Assembly: GCA_958295725.1 (NCBI GenBank)
Contig: OY282368.1
Location: 1,384,001 to 1,448,000 of the forward strand
Direction: 5' to 3'
Length of the DNA: 64,000 nt
Source: an uncultured Alphaproteobacteria bacterium
Lineage (GTDB): Bacteria; Pseudomonadota; Alphaproteobacteria; UBA2966
Below are positions 1 to 9,751 of this stretch, piece after piece (position 1 is the first letter of the stretch; every line of letters begins with the position of its first letter). A model generated the notes under the pieces. It was not told the DNA's origin and made no database searches. It saw only the letters and a program-made list of their open reading frames with translations. The position numbers and the translations under genes are program-made.

Positions 1-1278
1 AAGGAAGGGGTGATGGACGAGGAGATCATGGAGATCATCTTCTCCAACATCCGGTTGGCGGATCAGCGCATCGGCGACATCAAGGCGCAGGCCGCGGCGC
101 TGACCGTCGGCGAGCGGCGGTTCACCGCCTTGCTCGATCGCTACGGAAAGGACACCGTCGACCACTGCGTCGTCGAGTTGCGGGCGCGGGCGGAACGGCA
201 GATGCGGGCCAGGATCGCGACGATTCCCGACGGCGAGTATCACGGCGTGGCCTATGTCGACTCCGACGGCGTCGTGGACGAACCGCTCAAGATCGACATG
301 AAGATCCGCAAGATCGACACGGATCTCTACTTCGACATGGCGGAGTCGAGCCCACCGTGTCTCGGCCCCATGAACAGCGTGATCGCCACCACGCGGTCCG
401 CCATCTATCTCGCCGTCAAGCACATCTTCCCCGAGGTTCCGATCAACGCCGGGACCTACGCGCCGCTTCACATCGAAGATCCGAAAGGCACCTTCCTGTA
501 CGCCGAGTATCCGCGTCCGGTCTCCGGCTGCGCGGCCGAGGTGAGCCAGCGCATCGCGGAAGCGGTGTTCGCCGCCCTGACCCCGGCGTTGCCCGATCTC
601 CTGTTCGCCGCGCCGGCGGGCACCAGCGGCAACTTCGCGCTCGGCGGCTACGACCCCGAGGAGGACCGCAGCTACGTCATGTATCTCCTGAGTGGCGGCG
701 GGTACGGCGGGAACGCCGACGCCGACGGCATCTCGAACGGCTGCTCGACCATCGGCATCTCCAAGACCCAGCCGGTCGAGATCGTCGAGCAGCGCTATCC
801 GGTGCTGTTCGAGGAGTATTCGCTGCGCGAGGGCTCCGGCGGCGCCGGCGAGCGGCGCGGCGGCTTCGGGGTCAACTACGAGGTGACGTTGCGGCGCGGA
901 GAGGCCAGGGCCTCCTTCGTCATGGACCACGGGCGCACCGGCCCCCAGGGCGTGCTGGGCGGCTCGGACGGCGGCGTCAACAAGGTCCGCGTGACCCGCG
1001 ACGGCAAGACCCATGTTCCGCCGCACCTGTCCAAGGAACAGGACATCCACGTCTCGGCGGGCGACCGGATCCGCGTGTCGACGCCGGGCGGCGGCGGCTT
1101 CGGCGACCCGCTCGACCGCGACCCCGAGCTCGTGCGCGACGACGTGAACCGGGGCTACTATACGGTCGAGCAGGCGGCCGAGCTCTACGGCGTGGCTCTG
1201 TCGGCGTGCGCCGTCGACCCGGCGGCCACCGCGGCGCTTCGGGCTGCGCGCCGCGCCACGGCGCGCGCGGCGGAGTAG
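1..1278 (+). CDS. Hydantoinase B/oxoprolinase family protein (HyuB-like), C-terminal ~420 codons; 5' end lies outside the window
   Basis: Frame is open from base 1. Translation has HyuB-type motifs (LLSGGGYGGN, STPGGGGFGDPLDRDPELVRDDVNRGYYT). Confidence 0.8.
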   Translation, partial: KEGVMDEEIMEIIFSNIRLADQRIGDIKAQAAALTVGERRFTALLDRYGKDTVDHCVVELRARAERQMRARIATIPDGEYHGVAYVDSDGVVDEPLKIDMKIRKIDTDLYFDMAESSPPCLGPMNSVIATTRSAIYLAVKHIFPEVPINAGTYAPLHIEDPKGTFLYAEYPRPVSGCAAEVSQRIAEAVFAALTPALPDLLFAAPAGTSGNFALGGYDPEEDRSYVMYLLSGGGYGGNADADGISNGCSTIGISKTQPVEIVEQRYPVLFEEYSLREGSGGAGERRGGFGVNYEVTLRRGEARASFVMDHGRTGPQGVLGGSDGGVNKVRVTRDGKTHVPPHLSKEQDIHVSAGDRIRVSTPGGGGFGDPLDRDPELVRDDVNRGYYTVEQAAELYGVALSACAVDPAATAALRAARRATARAAE

Positions 1279-1313
1279 GGGGGGAGGCCCGAGCCGACGG
1301 CATTCCCATCCTC

Positions 1314-2771
1314 ATGTGGAGGAATGGAACGCGAATGGCCCGATGCGTTCGAGGAGCGGGAGGGGTTCTCCCCTGGCTCGGCTTCTGGCTGTCGATGCCC
1401 GCGCCCGCGTTCGCCCATGCCACGGAGCGGGGGATCATCCTGCTTCTGCCGACCGACCTCTATATCGGCGGGGGCGCCGTAGTCGTCGCGCTGACGTTCG
1501 CGCTGATGGCCGCCGTCCCGGCGGCCGGCCTTGAGGCGCTGGAGCGCGCCCGCTTCGCGCTCGGTTCGGTCCCGGCCTGGAATCCGGTCGTGCCGAGCGC
1601 GGCCATGCTGGCCGTCGTGGCGGCGCTCGTCGCGACCGGCTACTGGGGAAACCGGGACCCTCTTTCCAATCCGCTCCCCCTGATGCTGTGGACCGTATGG
1701 TGGGTCGCGCTCACGTTCCTTCACGCGATTCTCGGCAACCTGTGGGCTTTCCTCCATCCCTGGCTCGCCTTGCACCGCCTGCTTACCGTCCCGCCGTTCC
1801 TGCGACGCTGGAGACGGGCTCCGCCCCTGTCGTATCCGCGAGCCGCGGGATACTGGCCGGCGGTCGTTCTCTTCCTGGCGTTCGCCTGGTTCGAGCTGGT
1901 CTATCCCGCGCCCCAGGATCCGGCGTTGCTGGCACATGCCGTGGTCGTCTATTTCCTGATCACGGCCGCCGGCGCGCTGCTGTTCGGCCTCGACGCCTGG
2001 CTGCGCCATGGGGAGATCTTCTCGATCTTCTTCCGTATCGTTTCGTGGCTGTCTCCCTTCGGCGCGGATCGGAAGGGGGAGCGTCGGACCGTCTTCGTGA
2101 CCGTTCCCGGCATACGGCTGCTCGACGCCGGCATCTTCCCGGCGGGCGGCGCGGCCTTCATCCTGCTGGCCCTGTCTTCCGTCTCTTTCGACGGCTTCTC
2201 GCGCACCTTTTTCTGGCTCGATCTCGTCGGCGAGAACCCGCTCGAGTATCCGGGCCGGACCGCTCTCGTCGGAACCAATACGCTGGGACTGGCGGCGGTC
2301 TTCGGCGCTCTCGTGTGCGTGTACTGCCTCGCCGTGGTCCTGGGGAACGCGCTCGCCAGATCCGAAGCGCCGATCGGGACGCAGCTGGGGTGTTTCGTGG
2401 TGGCGATCATTCCGATCGCCTTCGGCTATCACTTCGCCCACTACCTTCCGGAACTGCTGCTGGACAGCCAGTTCGCGTTGCGCGCGCTGTCCGATCCGTT
2501 CGCGCTCGGCTGGGACCTGATAGGTACCCGCGACATGCACGTGCACGCCTCGATCGTGACGAACCGGGAGTCCATCGAGCTGATCTGGAACCTCCAGGTC
2601 GTCGGCATCGTCGCCGCCCATGTCGTCGCCGTCGCGATCGCCCACTTCCTGGCGATCCGTCTCTTCGCCAACCCGCGAGCCGCCGTGCTGAGCCAGATTC
2701 CCATGACCGCCCTGATGATCGGCTACACGATGTTCGGACTGTGGCTGCTGTCGACGCCCGCCGCCGGATAA
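1314..2771 (+). CDS. Polytopic membrane protein of unknown function
   Basis: ATG at 1314 in the long ORF frame. Many hydrophobic helices (e.g. GGGAVVVALTFALMAAVPAAG, VVLFLAFAWFELVY, MTALMIGYTMFGLWLLS). No family recognised. Confidence 0.6.
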   Translation: MWRNGTRMARCVRGAGGVLPWLGFWLSMPAPAFAHATERGIILLLPTDLYIGGGAVVVALTFALMAAVPAAGLEALERARFALGSVPAWNPVVPSAAMLAVVAALVATGYWGNRDPLSNPLPLMLWTVWWVALTFLHAILGNLWAFLHPWLALHRLLTVPPFLRRWRRAPPLSYPRAAGYWPAVVLFLAFAWFELVYPAPQDPALLAHAVVVYFLITAAGALLFGLDAWLRHGEIFSIFFRIVSWLSPFGADRKGERRTVFVTVPGIRLLDAGIFPAGGAAFILLALSSVSFDGFSRTFFWLDLVGENPLEYPGRTALVGTNTLGLAAVFGALVCVYCLAVVLGNALARSEAPIGTQLGCFVVAIIPIAFGYHFAHYLPELLLDSQFALRALSDPFALGWDLIGTRDMHVHASIVTNRESIELIWNLQVVGIVAAHVVAVAIAHFLAIRLFANPRAAVLSQIPMTALMIGYTMFGLWLLSTPAAG

Positions 2772-2774
2772 GCG

Positions 2775-3275
2775 GTCGATAAACGTAAAGCCTGGACTGC
2801 TGCATCCAGGGTCTTGGCAACCCGGCTGACGGTTGTCGGCGCAACCGGGCGGCCGAGCAGAAGGTCTCGCCGACCTTTCGGGTGGACAGCCCCGGCACAA
2901 AGCCGGTCAGGATCGCGCGGTCGATCTCCGGAGCGCGCCGGGCGTAGCTCCCGATCACGGAGACGGGGCAGTAACGACGGGTGCGCGGGACCTTCAGCTC
3001 GATGTCGCCAAGCTCGCTCAGCAAGTTGCGGCGGTAGACGCCGTTGCGGCGACCGCGCGCGGCGGCACCGTCGAGGTTGCCGAGCCACCGATCGACATCC
3101 TCGGCCATCCGTCCATCTCCGCCAAAGCCTGGCGAGGGCGATAGCCCTCGCCCCAGTCCAGCCCGTCTGTCGCCTTCACGACCTCGAAAGCCAGTTCTCG
3201 ATCGTCGCAGTCTGTGGCATCGGGGTGCTCCTTTCCGTGGTGGTTTCCTGACCACAGGGAGTACCCGACACATAA
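2775..3275 (-). pseudogene. IS256-family (mutator-type) transposase remnant: only ~100 N-terminal codons, frameshifted, 3' part deleted
   Basis: MAEDVDRWL...RRNGVYRRNLLSELGDIELKVPRTRRYCPVSVIGSYARRAPEIDRAILTGFVPGLSTRKVGE starts at 3108. It continues in another frame as LLGRPVAPTTVSRVAKTLDAAVQA. Homology stops right at the stop codon of the upstream membrane-protein gene. Confidence 0.7.
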
Positions 3276-3385
3276 TTTGATACATCATCAGGGAGGAGTT
3301 GTTTGACAGCGCGCGGGCTTGTCGCCAGAATGGGCGCTTCCATGAGGTTTGGCCGTGTTTTCACCGAGGTTTGGTTATGTTTTCA

Positions 3386-3398
3386 CCCCCCCCCCCCC
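3386..3398. repeat. Homopolymeric C13 tract upstream of the autotransporter gene
   Basis: Direct count: 13 consecutive C at 3386-3398. The next ATG with a signal peptide is at 3441. Confidence 0.95.
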
Positions 3399-3440
3399 GC
3401 AAATAGTCCTCCCTCCTTCGCCGGCCGCGGCGCGGCGGTG

Positions 3441-6400
3441 ATGCGCCGGGTCCGGTCCGCGTCCGCCGGGCGGCTCGTCCTGGCGGGGCTTGTACTGGCC
3501 GCGCTGGCCTTGGGCCCGGTGCCGGCCTCGGCTCAGAACGCGTTCAGCTTCACGTTCACGGGCCAGAGTTCGAGCGTGGAGCCGAACACCGTCCTCACCA
3601 GCGACGCGGTCACGGTGGCGGGCGCGACCGGCAGCGTCACCGCGGAGGTCGCCATCTGCCGGTTCGAGGCGCCCGTCACCCTCGCGCGGACGACGAGCAC
3701 CGGCTGCACGCTGGTGAAGAACGACACGGACGTCACCGGTTCGAGCACGACCGTCGTCAACGGCGACAAGGTCAAGATCAAGATCACGTCGAACAGCGCG
3801 TTCAGCGGAAAGGCGCAGGTCCTGGTCTATATCGGCACGAAAAGCTCTTGGTTCGTGGTCATAACGCGGTTGGCGGACACCAGGCCGGACTCGTACAGCT
3901 TCACCACCCAGACGGGCGTGGAGCCGAACACCGTCGTCACCAGCAACGAGGTCACGGTGGCGGGAGTCGAGGCTCCGTCACCCGTGCGGGCCAAGTTCTG
4001 CCGGTTCGTGTCATCCAGCGGGGTGCGGTCGACGACGGGCGCCACCTGCACGCTGGTGAAGCGCCTCGCGGCCCCTGGTTCGAGCGCGGACGACGTCACC
4101 GGTTCGAGAACGACCGTCGTCAACGGCGACAAGATCGCGGTCAAGGTCAAGGCGAACAGCGCGTTCAGCGGAAGGGCGCAGGTGAACGTCACCATCGGCA
4201 CGGGCTTTGCCTGGTTCACGGTCGCGACGCGGGCGCAGGACACCATGCCGGACTCGTTCAGCTTCACCGCCCAGACGGGCGCGGAGCCCGGCGCCTCCGT
4301 CACCAGCAACGAGGTCACGGTGGCGGGAGTCGAGGGATCCGTCACCGTGCGGTTCAGCTCCTGCCGGTTCTTGTCGCTCAGCGGGGTGCGGTCGACGACG
4401 GGCGCCGCCTGCACGCTGGTGAAGCGCCCCGCGGCCTCTGGTTCGAGCGCGACCGACGTCGGTTCGAGCACGACCGTCGTCAACGGCGACAAGATCGCGG
4501 TCAAGGTCAAGGCGAACGGCCAGAACCTCGGAAAAGCGCAGGTGAACGTCACCATCGGCACGGGCTATGCCTGGTTCCAGGTCACGACGCGGGCGCAGGA
4601 CACCATGCCGGACTCGTTCAGCTTCACCGCCCAGACGGGCGTGGAGCCCGGCGCCTCCGTCACCAGCAACGAGGTCACGGTGGCGGGAGTCGAGGGCTCC
4701 GTCACCGTGCAGTTCAGCTCCTGCCGGTTCGTGGCGCCGGACGGCGTGACGCGGTCGACGACGGGCGCCGCCTGCACGCTGGTGAAGAACGGCACGGACG
4801 TCACCGGTGCGAGCACGACCGTCGTCAACGGCGACAGGATCAAGGTCAAGGTCAAGGCGAACGGCCAGAACCTCGGAAAAGCGCTGGTGAAAGTCACCAT
4901 CGGCACGGGCTCCGTCTGGTTCACGGTCACGACGCGGGCGGTGGACACCACGCCGGACGCCTTCAGCTTCACGGACCCGGCGGCCGCGGAGCCCGGCGTC
5001 GTCGTCACCAGCAACGAGGTCACGGTGGCGGGAGTCGAGGGCTCCGCCACCGCGCGGCTCTCCTTGTGCCAGTTCGTGGCGCCGGACGGCGTGGCGCGGA
5101 CGACGAGCACCGGCTGCACGCTGGTGAAGAACGGCATGGACGTCACCGGTCTGAGCACGACCGTCGCCAACGGCGACAGGGTCGCGGTCAAGGTCGAGGC
5201 GAACGGCGATTTCGGCGGGGCGGCGGAGGTGAATGTCCATGTCGGCACGGGCTCCGTCCTGTTCACGGCCAGGACGCGCCCGCCGGGCGTGACGCTGACG
5301 CGCGGCGGCGGGCGCCCGCTCGGCCCGGGCTTCAGTATCGCGAAAGGGACAAGGGCGATCTACGGGGTGGCGCTGGAGGCGGCGCCAGCGAGTTCGGCGA
5401 CGGTCACCATCTCCGTGAGCTCCGTGAGGCGGGGCGACAAGCCCGTCACCGTCGGGCCGTCGAGCCTGACCTTCGACGCGACGAACTGGAACACGCCGCG
5501 GAACGTGGGGGTGTGGGCGACGGCGGAGACGGACGGCTATGCCGGCACCGCCGTGGCGACGCTGGGCCACGAGGTGACGGGGCTGGTCGGGGACAGCACG
5601 AGGGCGCGGATGGACGTGACGGTGACGGTGTTCGGCGACACCCGGATCAGGGCACCGGCGGCGGGGACGGTGGCGTCCTATCTCATCGGGTTGCCGGTGA
5701 GGTGGCCCGTAACGGTGGAGACGCTGACCGGCGTTCCCCCGGGGATTGAGCTCGACTTTCCGGCGATGCTCTCGGGCAGCATCGCGCTCACCATCGCGCC
5801 GGCGCCCGACAACCTGCCGCCGTCCGGGGCCAGGTTCGCGGTCGTGGACGGCACGGCGGTGGATATCTCCGTGGCGGACATGGCGTCCGTGCCGCCCGGC
5901 GGGGTGGAGGTCTGCCTTCCGGCGACGCAAGACCTGACGTTGCTGCACTACGCGGGCGGCGCCTGGACGGCGGTGCCGGGTTCGGCCTGGGACGCGACGC
6001 GGATGCTGGTCTGCGCCGGCGGGGTGACGTCGTTCTCGCCCTTCGCTCTGGGCTACGCGGACAGGAGCATCGAGTTCGCGGGGACGGTCTCCAACCAGGT
6101 CTACACGGTGGACGAGGCGATTGAGCCGCTGGTGCTGCCTCTGGTGAAGGAGGGGACGGGAGACCTGCCGATAACCTACGCGCTCACGCCGGCGCCGGCG
6201 GAGTCGCTGCCGCCGGGGCTGACGTTCGACGCGGCGACGCGGACGTTGTCGGGGACGCCGACGGAGGTGTTCTCTGCGACGGAGTATAGCTGGACGGCGC
6301 GGGACACGGACGGGTCGGAGAAGACGCTGACGTTCACCATCGCCGTCGCGATTGATACGCCCATGCTCTCTATCGACAGTCCGAACGTCACGGAGGGGAC

Positions 6401-8078
6401 GGGGACCAGGGGCGGGACCCTGCGCTTCCTGGTCTCCTTGAGCGCCGCAAGCGGCAACCAGGTGACGGTGGGCTACGCGGACGCGGGCACCGGCACCGCC
6501 ACCTCGGGCACCGACTACACGGCGATTCCCGCCGGGACGCTCACCTTCGCGGCGGGGACGACCAGCCAGCCCATCGCCGTGACGGTGACCGGCGACGCGA
6601 CGGACGAGCCGGACGAGACGGTGGTGGTCCGGTTGAGCGGCCCGGTGAACGCGACCCTCGACGCGAGCGAGGGGACCGGGACGATTGACGACGACGATCC
6701 GGCCCTGCGGGTGCGCCTGAAGGCGATCAACGAGGCGGTGTTGCCGGAGTTGTCCTGGGCTCTGTGGGGGAGCGCGCTGGACGCGGTGACGGGGCGTCTG
6801 GAGTCTCCCGATGCGGTGGCGCCCACGGTGGCCGATGGGCTGGAGACGGCGGCGGGGTTCGCGCGGGCCAACGAGAGCGCCCTGGAGGAAGGCGACGTGT
6901 CGTGGAAGGAGCTTCTGGGGGGCGAGTCCTTCGCCTTCGGCCTGGCCGGAGACGGCGAGGGCGGTCCGGGCGCCGGCGGCGTCGTGGCGTGGGGTTCGGG
7001 CGACTGGCGGCGCCTGTCGCGGGACGAGGATGCGCTGGACTGGTCGGGGGATGCGTTCTCGGCCCATGTGGGCGTGGACGCGGCGCTGCGGCCGGACCTT
7101 CGGGGCGGCCTGGCGGCGTCGTGGTTCTCGAGCGACGTGGACTACACGGACCGGAGGCAGGGCGAAGCGGCGGTGAAGGGTTCGCACGAGAGCCGGATGA
7201 CGGCGTTGACGCCCTACCTGGGCTGGGCCGCGGGCGACGGGGCGCGGCTGTGGGGGGCGGCCGGTTACGGCTGGGGCGAGATCGAGATCGTGGACGCGGA
7301 GGCGCAGAAAGCGGACAGCCGGTTCCTGGCGGGGGCCGCGGGCGGGTCCGTGCCGGTGTGGTCGCGAGGCCCCGCGACTCTGGAGGCGAAGGGATCGGCC
7401 GAGGCGACGCGCTGGCGGGTGAAGGACAACGGCGATGCGATCGCCGGCGTGACGGCGGAGACGCAACGTCTGCGTCTGGCGGCGGAGGGGAGCCGGGCCC
7501 ATGCGCTACCGGATGGCGCGTCCCTGACGCCGACGCTGGAAGCGGGCGTGCGCTGGGACGGCGGCGACGGCGCGACGGGGGCGGGCCTGGAGGCCGGCGG
7601 CGGTCTGTCCTGGACGGACCCGGCGCGGGGCCTGACGGTGGAGGCGGAGGGCCGCGCGCTTCTGGTCCACAACGAAGACGTCGAGGAGTGGGGCGTGTCG
7701 GGGTCGATGCGTCTGACCCCGGACGCGGACGGGTTCGGCCTGTCGTTCCGGTTGCTGCCGAGCTGGGGCGCGTCCGGGAGCGGCGTGGCGCGGCTGTGGG
7801 ACGAGGGCGTGGCGGCGGCGCGCCCAGCGGACGGCGGCGGCGGCAACGAGGCGCGCCTGGAGACGGAACTGGGCTACGGGCTGCCCGCGTTCGGCGGCGC
7901 CGGAGTGACAACCCCCTACGCCGGGTTCGGTCTGGCGCAAGGCGGCGAGCGCGACACGCGCGCCGGCGTCCGCCTCGGCCTGGGCGCCGGGTTCGACCTG
8001 GGCATCGAGGCCGAACGCAGGGAAAACGCCGCCGACACCGGGCACGGCATCGGGCTCGACCTGCGCATCAGGTGGTAG
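3441..8078 (+). CDS. Type Va autotransporter/adhesin-like surface protein (signal peptide, 5 tandem repeats, Ig-like and Calx-beta-like modules, C-terminal beta-barrel)
   Basis: Signal peptide MRRVRSASAGRLVLAGLVLAALALGPVPASA/QN. Putative-Ig-type segment LPPGLTFDAATRTLSGTPTE. Calx-beta-like segment GTDYTAIPAGTLTFAAGTTSQPIAVTVTGDATDEPDETVVVRLS. Gly/Trp/Ala-rich C-terminal ~350 aa end in ...GIGLDLRIRW, an aromatic terminal residue typical of OM beta-barrels. Confidence 0.85.
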   Translation: MRRVRSASAGRLVLAGLVLAALALGPVPASAQNAFSFTFTGQSSSVEPNTVLTSDAVTVAGATGSVTAEVAICRFEAPVTLARTTSTGCTLVKNDTDVTGSSTTVVNGDKVKIKITSNSAFSGKAQVLVYIGTKSSWFVVITRLADTRPDSYSFTTQTGVEPNTVVTSNEVTVAGVEAPSPVRAKFCRFVSSSGVRSTTGATCTLVKRLAAPGSSADDVTGSRTTVVNGDKIAVKVKANSAFSGRAQVNVTIGTGFAWFTVATRAQDTMPDSFSFTAQTGAEPGASVTSNEVTVAGVEGSVTVRFSSCRFLSLSGVRSTTGAACTLVKRPAASGSSATDVGSSTTVVNGDKIAVKVKANGQNLGKAQVNVTIGTGYAWFQVTTRAQDTMPDSFSFTAQTGVEPGASVTSNEVTVAGVEGSVTVQFSSCRFVAPDGVTRSTTGAACTLVKNGTDVTGASTTVVNGDRIKVKVKANGQNLGKALVKVTIGTGSVWFTVTTRAVDTTPDAFSFTDPAAAEPGVVVTSNEVTVAGVEGSATARLSLCQFVAPDGVARTTSTGCTLVKNGMDVTGLSTTVANGDRVAVKVEANGDFGGAAEVNVHVGTGSVLFTARTRPPGVTLTRGGGRPLGPGFSIAKGTRAIYGVALEAAPASSATVTISVSSVRRGDKPVTVGPSSLTFDATNWNTPRNVGVWATAETDGYAGTAVATLGHEVTGLVGDSTRARMDVTVTVFGDTRIRAPAAGTVASYLIGLPVRWPVTVETLTGVPPGIELDFPAMLSGSIALTIAPAPDNLPPSGARFAVVDGTAVDISVADMASVPPGGVEVCLPATQDLTLLHYAGGAWTAVPGSAWDATRMLVCAGGVTSFSPFALGYADRSIEFAGTVSNQVYTVDEAIEPLVLPLVKEGTGDLPITYALTPAPAESLPPGLTFDAATRTLSGTPTEVFSATEYSWTARDTDGSEKTLTFTIAVAIDTPMLSIDSPNVTEGTGTRGGTLRFLVSLSAASGNQVTVGYADAGTGTATSGTDYTAIPAGTLTFAAGTTSQPIAVTVTGDATDEPDETVVVRLSGPVNATLDASEGTGTIDDDDPALRVRLKAINEAVLPELSWALWGSALDAVTGRLESPDAVAPTVADGLETAAGFARANESALEEGDVSWKELLGGESFAFGLAGDGEGGPGAGGVVAWGSGDWRRLSRDEDALDWSGDAFSAHVGVDAALRPDLRGGLAASWFSSDVDYTDRRQGEAAVKGSHESRMTALTPYLGWAAGDGARLWGAAGYGWGEIEIVDAEAQKADSRFLAGAAGGSVPVWSRGPATLEAKGSAEATRWRVKDNGDAIAGVTAETQRLRLAAEGSRAHALPDGASLTPTLEAGVRWDGGDGATGAGLEAGGGLSWTDPARGLTVEAEGRALLVHNEDVEEWGVSGSMRLTPDADGFGLSFRLLPSWGASGSGVARLWDEGVAAARPADGGGGNEARLETELGYGLPAFGGAGVTTPYAGFGLAQGGERDTRAGVRLGLGAGFDLGIEAERRENAADTGHGIGLDLRIRW
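3534..5285 (+). repeat. Five tandem in-frame coding repeats (~350-360 bp, ~117 aa each) inside the autotransporter passenger
   Basis: Repeated blocks D(S/A)FSFT..QTG.EP...VTSNEVTVAGVEGS...C(R/Q)F......C TLVK.....VVNGD.I.VKV.AN.....A.V.VTIGTG..WF.V.TRA.DT.P. Off-frame ORFs starting at 4207 and 4567 begin identically (360-bp register). Confidence 0.9.
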
Positions 8079-8355
8079 AGCGTTCGGTTCGCGTCCAGGA
8101 AGACCGCGGCGCGGCGGTGCTCAACCCCTGGCGCCAGGACGCCGCGCCAACGGCGAACGACATCGCCTGTAATCTGCCGCGGCAGGCCGAAGGTCCGCAT
8201 GGGGGTCTTCCTTCACGCTGCTTGTTCAACACCAACAGCGTCGGAGATCCCCACCCCTCCTTCAAGGACCGTCGAACTTGGCGCGTCGGTCGCGTCGTGG
8301 TATCGTCGCGGAGTCGTGGATGACGCGACTCACGTTCCGGGGAGAGGATGCAGCG

Positions 8356-9699
8356 ATGACCACAAGAGATAGCGACAGGAAGGCGGCCCAGACGCGACGC
8401 CGGGGCGTCTCCCGGCGCGGATTGTTCAAGGGCGCCGCCCTCGCGGGCGGCGCGGCCGTCGGCGGGCTCGTCGGCGGCGTCATCCCGAGCCCCTTCACGC
8501 CGCGGGCGGCCTCGGCGACCGACAAGCCCCTCAAGCTCGGATTCCAGGCGCACCGCACCGGAATCGGCGCCGGATACGGGCGCTGGTACGAGCGCACCAC
8601 CAAAGCCGCGGTGAAGCTGATCAACGAGACCGGCGGCATCGGTGGGCGGCCGATCGAGCTGATCGTCGAGGACGACGGCACCGATCCCAAGCGCGGCGCC
8701 GAGGTGGTCGAGAAATTCGCCAATCTGCACAAGGTCGATTTCGTCTTCGGGACGCTGTTCTCGCATGTCGTCATCGGCTCGGCGCCGCGCGCGGGCGAGC
8801 TGAAGATGCCGTACTTCGTGGTCAGCGAGACTCCCGCCGTCCCCAACGGGCAGTTCAGCCGCTACGTGTTCCAGGCCGGCACTTCCGACGTGCGCTCGCA
8901 GATGGTTGCGGTCGCCAAATGGGTCCTGGACAAGTTCGGCAAGAAGGTGACCATGATCTTCCCGGACTACGCCTTCGGCTACGCCCACCGGGACTACTTC
9001 GGGGCGGCCGTGAAAGCCAATGGCGGAACGATCAAGGAGCTCATCCCGATTCCGCCGCGGGAGTCGTCGTTCACCAAGTACTTCCCGCGCGTCCCGTCCG
9101 ACACCGAGCTGCTCTACCACGTCATGGTGGGACCGGGCGTTCTGACGTTCGTGCGCGAGATGGGCGAGCATTTCGGCAGCAATCGGCCGCAGATCTTCGG
9201 CTTCATCGATTCGCTGGAAGGCGTCGACATGGCGAGCCCCGGACTGGAGTTCCTGGAAGGGACGCATTTCTGGGAAGGTTTCCCGCGCTACGCCGACGGC
9301 CTGCCCACCCGCGCCGCCGACTTCTACCGCCAGAAGGTGGGCATGACGGAGACCGGCACCTATGTCGACGATCCCAAGGATACGGCCTACGCCTCGCACA
9401 TGTTCGGCTGCTGGGAGACGCTTTTCGCCATCAAGCAGACGGTCGAGCAGAGCGGCTACGTCGACCCGACGGCCAAGGACAAGGCGGCGTTCATAGAGAC
9501 CCTCGAGAACACGCGCTGGTTCAACGAGGGAATCGAACATCCCCAGGGCCACAAGCTGTTCCGGGGCGGGACCCATCAGGCCCACGCCGTGCAGTTCATC
9601 TCCCAGGTCGAGAACCAGCGGCTGAAGGTGGTGCACTCCACCACGATCGAGGATTCGCTGTACGAGCCGGAATACGATTACACGAAGCAACCGCTGTAG
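8356..9699 (+). CDS. ABC transporter periplasmic substrate-binding protein, LivK/Peripla_BP_6-like, with twin-arginine-type signal
   Basis: GGAGAGGA RBS before ATG 8356. Tat-like N-terminus QTRRRGVSRRGLFKGAALAGGAAVGG. Leu/Ile/Val-binding-protein-like body. Adjacent to Liv-type permease and ATPase genes. Confidence 0.8.
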   Translation: MTTRDSDRKAAQTRRRGVSRRGLFKGAALAGGAAVGGLVGGVIPSPFTPRAASATDKPLKLGFQAHRTGIGAGYGRWYERTTKAAVKLINETGGIGGRPIELIVEDDGTDPKRGAEVVEKFANLHKVDFVFGTLFSHVVIGSAPRAGELKMPYFVVSETPAVPNGQFSRYVFQAGTSDVRSQMVAVAKWVLDKFGKKVTMIFPDYAFGYAHRDYFGAAVKANGGTIKELIPIPPRESSFTKYFPRVPSDTELLYHVMVGPGVLTFVREMGEHFGSNRPQIFGFIDSLEGVDMASPGLEFLEGTHFWEGFPRYADGLPTRAADFYRQKVGMTETGTYVDDPKDTAYASHMFGCWETLFAIKQTVEQSGYVDPTAKDKAAFIETLENTRWFNEGIEHPQGHKLFRGGTHQAHAVQFISQVENQRLKVVHSTTIEDSLYEPEYDYTKQPL

Positions 9700-9751
9700 G
9701 CGGGGCGGCCGCGACCGCCCGGCCGCCGCCGCCACGAAGCGCGGGCGCCGG

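Noticed and set aside
3303-3440. Upstream TTG/ATG starts giving a 46-aa N-terminal extension to the autotransporter
   Set aside because: The extension has no signal-peptide or ESPR-like character, whereas the ATG at 3441 is followed directly by a canonical signal peptide. It is kept only as an alternative in the poly-C finding.
4011-7502. 1163-aa minus-strand ORF (and the other long ORFs 3848-5749, 6727-7911 and 6764-8323) overlapping the autotransporter gene
   Set aside because: Arg/Pro/Gly-rich low-complexity translations typical of stop-free shadow frames in high-GC DNA. The plus-strand frame has a signal peptide, domains and a beta-barrel.
7916-8200. 94-aa minus-strand ORF just downstream of the autotransporter (MRTFGLPRQITGDVVRRW...)
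   Set aside because: More than half of it overlaps the autotransporter 3' end. The remaining ~40 codons have no recognisable family and may be a gene relic at best.
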